Notes under the pieces: generated by a model
Told to the model about the DNA's origin: nothing
Database searches by the model: none
What the model saw: the letters and a program-made list of their open reading frames with translations, nothing else
NCBI RefSeq assembly: GCF_009914755.1
Contig: NC_060942.1
Length of the DNA: 64,000 bases
Strand: one strand, 5' to 3'
Source: the human T2T-CHM13v2.0 reference genome, Homo sapiens
Part shown: positions 54,171-64,000 of the stretch, piece by piece
How positions within the stretch are numbered: the stretch's first letter is position 1
Layout: every line of letters begins with the position of its first letter
Made by a program: the position numbers and the translations under genes

Positions 54171-56636
54171 AGGCAGTTTTGCAGACATGGCTTCCTCCAT
54201 GCAGCCTGTTTCGTTTGAGTCCATCCTGGTGGCCAGCATGTTGGGTTTGTGCCTTTCATTGCTAAGTGGTGCTCTCTGCTTGGGTGCACTGCAGTTCATC
54301 AGACCCTGGAGACAGTCCCACGTGTCCCCCTGGGTGGATTCTGTGGGTTGTCTCTGTTCATTCAGCTTGAGATCTTGGGGCTCTTGGTCTAATGAGCAGC
54401 GTGGGTCTGAAGCTCGGACACCATGCTGCTTCTGAGACTCTGGGCCTAACTCAAAACGTTAGTTGTGGTCGGCTTCTCCTGACATTGCTTAGTGGATACC
54501 TGGAGACGCTAACTCCAAACTTGTGCCAGGTGGAAGGGAAGTCCAGCCACCACCCAGCCCCATCCCTGCCTGGGGAGCTGTGGTAGTCCCAGCTTCCACT
54601 GGGGCACCCACTGACACTACTGGGGGACTCCTTGCCCCTGGGCGGGTGAAAGTCCTTACTAACCTGGCCTCCTCGGAGACTACCCTGCAGGGAGGGGCAG
54701 GGACCTTGTTCCTTCCCAGGGGAGTGGACATCAGCTCCCCAGTGACCACGCCAGGCCAGGGTTCATCACAGGCCAGTGGGGGGCCAAATGGCAGCTCCCC
54801 ACGCGACCTTCTCTGAGACCACCTGGTGGGGGCCGGGTTGCCCCATGACAGCCTGACGAGGGGAAGTCGGGGCCCCAGCCTTTGCTGGTGTGAATGACCC
54901 CAGCTGCTCAGGGCATTTGGCTGGGGTGAGGCAGTCACTGTCTGAACGTTTTCTGTATTACTGGGCTGTCCCATTCTAGGTCCTCTGCCTAGAAGGATGA
55001 GGCTTCTATTGGGTTGGTTTTTGTTGTTGCTGTTTTGTTTGTGCCTGTAGGTGTTCCCCGGTCACCACTTTCTTCACCTCCCAGTCTGGGATGTATGAGG
55101 CCATGGGAAAATGCAGGCAGCCACCGCCCTGGCTTCCCTGGTCCTGAGATCTCCAGACGGCCTCCTAACCACCGTCAGGGCCCTTCAGGTTTAGGCAAGG
55201 ATCACGTCCAGCGTTTCGGTTGTGCTTGGTGGGAGGGATCAGAAATGTCCCGCTACTCCGTCTTGCCAGGAGCAGAAGTCCCCTGCTCACCAGACTTTAT
55301 GCTCTTCCAGGGCAGGAATTTTTGTCCCTTTGTTCATTGGTGTATTCCTAGTGCTCAGAACACAAATGAGTCATCAATAAGTATTTGTATCTTTTTTCTC
55401 CTATCTGTAACTGTGCTTGCAACTCAAAAGCAGTGAATGTGTGTCATGCTCATTTATCTTCCCTTTTCAATCATTTTCCTTTTTTACAATAAGAAAGTGA
55501 AATAGAATATCTTTCACAAAATGTAGAGGGGTTTTTTACTTGTTTTCTAATATGGAAAACTTTTAAATTTCCTAAGAATGTAAGTTGCAATGTTCTATTC
55601 CTACATTCTTTTTTAAGCTAATAATTAATTTATTTTCATTTTCTCTGCAGGTAAATGCATCAATATGAATTCATCAAAATGTCTTTGTTCAGTACCTCTC
55701 TGCATGCCGCACTATTCACTGCAATATTAATAAAGGTAGAGAGAAGTGGTCCCAAACCTAAAGAAACTTCCAAGGCAAAGCAGCTAACCATGGTCTGTGC
55801 CCCTCTCAGTGACCGGCTTTTCTAACAAGCAGCTAACCATGGTCTGTGCCCCTGCTCAGGCACTAGCTTCTCAAACAAAGCTGCACTCAGCCTTTGGTCT
55901 CAGATCCCAATTTCATATCCTGAATTATGAGATTCAGTATGAAGACCACTGTCACTTTAGTGCATTTCACTCTGTCCCATGCATTTCACATGACACCTGA
56001 CACCCAGCAGGACCATGGACCAGCCTTCCCAGTGTGAGGGAGCCTAGCCTAACAGGGACCACCTGTTCACGGCCACTGAACTCCTGACTTGATGAACGCT
56101 GAGGAGGAGCCATCCATGATCAAGTTGAGGAATTTTGGAGCTAGAAGGAATTTTAGAACCTTCTCAGACAGTGATCATGAACCATTCTCAGATCAATGAT
56201 CATGAAGATCAGAAAGATTCTTTGGATGCTGCAGATCCAGGCAGCTTCTAAATCACAGAGGTCTGCAGCCACCTGTAGGTCACCTTGCTGCACTCACGTG
56301 GGCCTGTTTCTCACAGTAATAGTTTAACTGTGTGTGGGCACCTAGTGCTTGTCTTCACTGGCAGGCTCAGCTGGACTCCTCTCCTGTAAACATGCTTCAG
56401 TGACACCACACAGATGCAAGGCTCATATGTTTCATCACAACATGTGAATCACGTGGTCCTCTCAAATCCATTATGGGAGCGATCCCACCAGCCTGGACTT
56501 TAGCATGTCCTTATCACAGTTGTGAACATGCAGACTGTATGGAGCCAAATGCTTCTGCCTGTTTTCAGATTGGCTGCAACCTTTGGATGGGGCTGCTCTG
56601 TAAAGCCCAGCTCCCGGGGGTGTGAACCTGACCACA

Positions 56637-56688
56637 CCCTGGCCATGCAGCTCCCCCTGGCCATGCAGCTCCCCCTGGCCATGCAGCT
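56637..56688. repeat. 18-bp tandem repeat x3 (CCCTGGCCATGCAGCTCC)
   Basis: Direct inspection. Confidence 0.9.
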
Positions 56689-57569
56689 GTGCTTTGACTT
56701 TTCCCAGCAAACATGATGCATCATTTTTTTTTCCTAATGAAACAACACCTGGACCCTTCCACAAGCAGCCACCTGCTTTCCCGCAGGAGCCGTGCTGGAT
56801 GTATGTTGTGTCCTGCTGCTGAGGATGCATTTAAACTCTCACCACTTGGCTTGTTTCAGTCTCTGCTGTGGTTCAGTTTGTCAGAAACAAAAGTAGAAAT
56901 AGACGTGCAAAAGGAAGACTGTTTTGAACGACATCTTGAGAATGGTTTGCGGTATCCGTGACTCGGGCATTCTTTGTGGTTACAGTGAGAGCTGAGAAGC
57001 TCTGAGATTCCTCCATCCCTCTGCCCTTCCCACTGAAGGCACAGAAATGGAGAGTGTGCTGCCTGCGTCCCTGTGCCGTATGTGCGTGCTTGATGAAGCT
57101 GTGAAGGTTTTGGCTGCCCTTTCGTGGCTTCTGTTGTTTTCTTGGGGGCTCAGTGGGATGGAGAGTCTGTTCTGCAGCAGGACATGCCAACAAATTGCAT
57201 CACTTCTGCCTCGGTGACTGCGGACAATGACATGCCATATGCCAGCGGCAGGAAATGAATGGGCTCATTTACACTGGCACCGGCGCTGCGGCCTGTCAGT
57301 CTTCAGAGGCCGGCCACTGCAAATTGGAAGGTGGCGGAGACGCAGAAACCTCCCAAGCTTCCAGGCCACATTAGTCTGGAAGCTCGGAGCAGGGGCAGAG
57401 GGAACCCAGGCGAAGGAGGTCCCCTTGCTTGCTATGAATGTTAGCCTTGCAGCTCCAGAAAACTGACCGAGTGAAACCACCACTCTCTGCCCACCCCCTG
57501 CACCAAAGGAAAAGAGAAATGGAAAACTGTTGAGTGCATTCAGCTGCAAGGAGAAAACAAAAACACAGT

Positions 57570-57950
57570 AGGTGCCGCACCCCGGCATGCAGAGCGGCTT
57601 TCCTACACACACAGAGGCTGCCACAGCGGCCTGCCCCGACGGCGACCCCACCGCCTCGCCTGGGCACCCGGCAACGCCGCAGTTCACATTCGACCTCCGG
57701 CCTCTCCGGCCGCGCGGCGTCTGTCTCCGTGCATGGCAGCCGGGGGTGGTCGGCAATGATTGAAGAGGCCGCGTCCTGGCGACCAGCGCTGCTAATGAAC
57801 GGGAGGGAGCGGGTCAGGGATCGCCCGCATGGCAGCCCGGCAAGGGCGGAGCCGCCGTCCATTGTCCCTCGCATTTGTTCTCAGGGCAGCGAGGGGGGTC
57901 GGTAGCAATCACGCGCTCTCTTCTTCATAATCACTATAATTAGCGTCATA
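57570..57950. promoter_or_regulatory. Small non-repetitive CpG-rich element (orphan CpG-island-like); candidate enhancer or promoter
   Basis: Dense CpG in unique sequence; GC box GGGCGG (~57844), SOX-type CATTGT (~57860) and several TAAT cores. Confidence 0.5.
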
Positions 57951-58002
57951 ATCTGAGCTGGGTGAGCTTGGGGCAGCTTCCTGGCAGAGTAACTCACTTT
58001 TT

Positions 58003-58003
58003 A

Positions 58004-58048
<45 letters not shown>
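58003..58048. repeat. (AAT)n microsatellite, ~15 units
   Basis: Perfect run. Confidence 0.97.
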
Positions 58049-58661
58049 TGGCATTGCAGGGCCTTTTCATCCAAGTTTAGACGGCCTTATGGAGATCAAC
58101 CGAGTCTGGATTGCACCCTGCCAGAGAGGAACCTGAGACACTTTGCAAGGAGCTGGGTGCGAAGCAACCTGGCCCGGGTCACAGGGAGGTGCCGGTACGG
58201 AGGCCGGCGTCCAGTGAGATTGGATTCACAGGTTCTGGGCCCATGGCAGCCTATACGGAATGCCTGAGACCTTCGATACAATGGACTGATGTTAACTGAA
58301 GGCATAAACAAGAGGTCTCTCGTGCTCCTGGACATGAGCAGGTGGAGGATCCTTAGGACACAGCCCGTGCTGCTTCCCCCGGGCCCCGTCGTCCCTGCCA
58401 TCCACTCACCTTTCCCTCCTGGTTCAAGGACTCCTGTTAGGAAAGAAATAGAGAATGGAACGATACCCACTGACCTGGGCCCAGGCACTTCTCATTTCCA
58501 GTTGGTTTGATAAGACATAAATATAGATTTCCCGGGTTTTGCCCTCATAAGGAGTGCATTTAAAATAAAATTATACCAAGTCATTCTGATTCTAAGCAAG
58601 CATCTAGACATTCATAGGTGGGAGAGAATGTGTTCCAGGCCTCCAAAGAAAGATCGCACTC

Positions 58662-59040
58662 AAAACCCCCAAACCCCCACACCCCACACCCCATACTCCG
58701 CACCCCTCAAACCCCCACACCCCTCAAACCCCCACACCCCACACCCCACACCCCTCAAACCCCCACACCCCACAACCCCACACCCCTCAAACCCCCACAC
58801 CCCACACCCCACACCCCACACCCCTCAAACCCCCACACCCCACACCCCACACCCCCACACCCCTCAAACCCCCACATCCCACACCCCACACTCCTCAAAC
58901 CTCCACACCCCACACCCCCACATCCCACACCCCACACCCCTCAAACCCCCACATCCCATGCCCCATACCCATATACCCCCTCACCTCCCACACCCCCCAC
59001 ACCCCACATCTGCACACCCCACAACCTCATATTCCCACAC
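58662..59040. repeat. C-rich (CCCCACA / CCCCTCAAA) compound repeat, G-quadruplex-prone on the minus strand
   Basis: Many C4-C5 runs separated by 3-nt ACA spacers. Confidence 0.9.
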
Positions 59041-59222
59041 CTCCTGGACAGTGTAACCCTGCAAGCTCACCCCTGGCACCCCTTGCCCCACCTGCCCAGG
59101 TGGATGAGGCCATCAGCCTCACACTGAGTCCCAGAACAGCCCTGGCACGCAGGTGTCCATCATGGTTTCCCTGGTGTCCCCAGCCCCAAACCGCTCCGTG
59201 GAAAACACCGAGCTGAATCAAC

Positions 59223-59348
59223 AGGGGGAGAACCCGGCCCTTCTCCTCCTCCCCTCCCTAAGGCAGGGGGAGAACCCAGCCCTTCTCTTCCTCCTCTCCC
59301 TAAGCCAGGGGGAGAACCCAGCCCTTCTCCCCCTCCTCTCCCTAAGCC
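59223..59348. repeat. ~42-bp tandem repeat x3 (AGGGGGAGAACCCAGCCCTTCTC...CCCTAAGCC)
   Basis: Direct inspection. Confidence 0.88.
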
Positions 59349-60124
59349 GTGCGTCCTGAATGTGACTGCTGCATCCTAAACTCCTCCTTCCTCCTCAGGA
59401 GTTTATTCCCACCATTGGAGCCTTATGTTTTGAGAGGTCTTGAGAAAACTTGCTTTTAGTCCCTTAAAAGCCCCACTTTTAAACCGATGGCCTTTAAAAC
59501 TTTGGGCCCTGTGCACTGCGTCATGTCTGAGCGCTGGCATCCACCGCCTTGCAGGGGCCGGAGTCAGGCCCCTTCCAGATGGCCCTGAAGTGCACAATGG
59601 GGCCTCCATTAGACACTTCACAGATACGATGAATGCGCTTCTCCCTCACAAAGACACACGTGAGGGGAGTGAAGTTGTTTGCAGTCTGGGTTTCACAGTC
59701 CTCCGGCCCAAGAATGTCATCCTTTTCCTTTTGGCCGTTCCCGAGCCCCACCCCCCACCCCCGCCACTGGGCTGGCAGGGAGGTCTTCCAGAGTGGAGCC
59801 ACGCTGCCCTCACCCCGGGGCTCCTGGCCTTGCAGGGAGATGGTGGTGCTGACAGGCGGCCCGATGAAGTATGTCCAAGGCCAGGTGATGCAGTGGAGTT
59901 TGAAGGAGCAGTGAGTTCGAGCCGGGGCCTGTGACTTGGGGGAGGCGGCAGCCGCTCCTGAAGCCCTGGGATGAAGAGCACGTGGAGACAACATGGGCAG
60001 AGGAGTGGGAACCAGGAAGAGAAGCAGCTTGGAGAACCATCAAAGCTTCTATGAGGTGGTGCAAAGCCACAGTGAGCAGAGGTGCCCTCATCTGGATAGA
60101 AACACAAAAGGAGAAACAGGTTTG

Positions 60125-60598
60125 GTGAGTGTGTGCATTGGTGTGTATGTTCGTGTATGCCAATGCTATGCATCTCTGTATGTATATGTGCTGTGTCCAT
60201 GGCTGTGTGTGTATGCACACGAGCATGCATGTGCTGTGTGTTCATGTGCATGTGTGTGCATGTGAGCATGTGTGTTGTGTCCATGTGCATGTGTGTGCAC
60301 GTGAGCATGTGTGTGCTGTGTGTTCATGTGCATGTGGGTGCACGTGAGCATGTGTGTGCTGTGTCCATGGGTGTGTGGGTGTGCACACGAGCTTGTGTGT
60401 GCTGTGTCCATGTGCATGTGTGTCCATGTGAGCATGTGTGTTGTGTCCATGTGCGTGTGTGTGCATGAGCATGTGTGTGATGTATATGTGTACATGTGTG
60501 TCCACATGAGCATATGTGTCCTGTGTGTGTGCATGTGTGTGCTGTATGTGTGCATGTGAGCCTATGTGTGTGTTCTGTGTCCATGTGCATGTGTGTGG
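60125..60598. repeat. GT-rich low-complexity / degenerate tandem tract
   Basis: Direct inspection. Confidence 0.9.
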
Positions 60599-61389
60599 AT
60601 GAGGGAGGGAGAATTTTAGGTCTGTTATAGAGATATCCAGTTAAGCGATGTGAAAAAAACAACAACCAGGTCTAAAGTTTGAGACTGGAGATGGAAATTT
60701 CACTAAAGTTCTAGGCCGAGTGGGATGACTGCATAAAATGAGAAGAGGCTGGGCAGGAACCTCACATTTGGAGACATTAAAGTGGAAAATTCAACAGAAG
60801 CACCAGGACAGGGGTCAGGGTACCAAGCAGGAATCTCAGGGGGCACCCTTGAGACTCAGTTATAGGATCCTGGTACCCACTTAGATGGAGATTATAAAAG
60901 GGCCTAGAAACGTAATATTTGAAGAGGATTTTGTCAGGAGACATTTTAGCAAACTGTGATTTTCTAAGAGGAAGGCGTAGGGACTGCTTGTCCTTCATCT
61001 GATAATCAACAGAGTCTTCATCACAACCTCTAAACCAGATACATACAATCTCATTTTGTCCTTTAAGAAGATAATGTGTGACCCTGGCCTGAGAATGAAT
61101 GGTAAAAGCTTTTCTGTGGCTGAAAATCTGCAAGAAGCATAGGAAACTCCAAACGCTTGAGAGAAGCTCAGGATCCCCTTGAAAAAAGCAAGCTTGCATT
61201 TCCCATGCAAGTGGTAAGGGTGTAAGTTAGTGAAGGAGACAGGGGAGGCAGTCTTTGGAAAACTTAGAACAGTTTCCAATCAAAGGTTAATCACAGATTA
61301 AGGAAATCAGACATCATCCCTGAAAAAATTATCCAAAGAGGCAAAATCTTTAATTTAAGAATAATTAAAATGTCTAAATAGCTTTTTTT

Positions 61390-64000
<2,611 letters not shown>

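Noticed and set aside
55778-55853. 27-bp direct repeat AAGCAGCTAACCATGGTCTGTGCCCCT as a TSD or att site
   Set aside because: Copies are only 49 bp apart; a simple diverged tandem duplication.

Overview
This is primate, most likely human or great-ape, non-coding genomic DNA. It contains AluJ/S/Y, L1M, L2, MIR, MaLR/ERV LTR and hAT/mariner relics. The GC-rich, minisatellite-dense character is typical of distal or subtelomeric chromosome bands, but the locus cannot be named from the sequence alone. I recognise no protein-coding gene; the long ORFs come from tandem or low-complexity repeats. Main contents: a ~4.3 kb, ~84-copy 51-bp VNTR that grew inside an old L1M 5' UTR and shows 30-unit and 9-unit higher-order periodicity; 17-, 19-, 41- and 56-bp minisatellites; a Y4 RNA retropseudogene; a solo ERV LTR with TSD; nested L1 fragments; about 11 Alus or Alu fragments; and a small CpG-rich element. 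The most unexpected signal is three separate ~80-100 bp local copies (one direct, two inverted), each lodged in or beside a low-complexity CA- or AT-rich tract. I found no convincing novel multi-gene system. Repeat family names are from recall of consensus sequences, not database searches.
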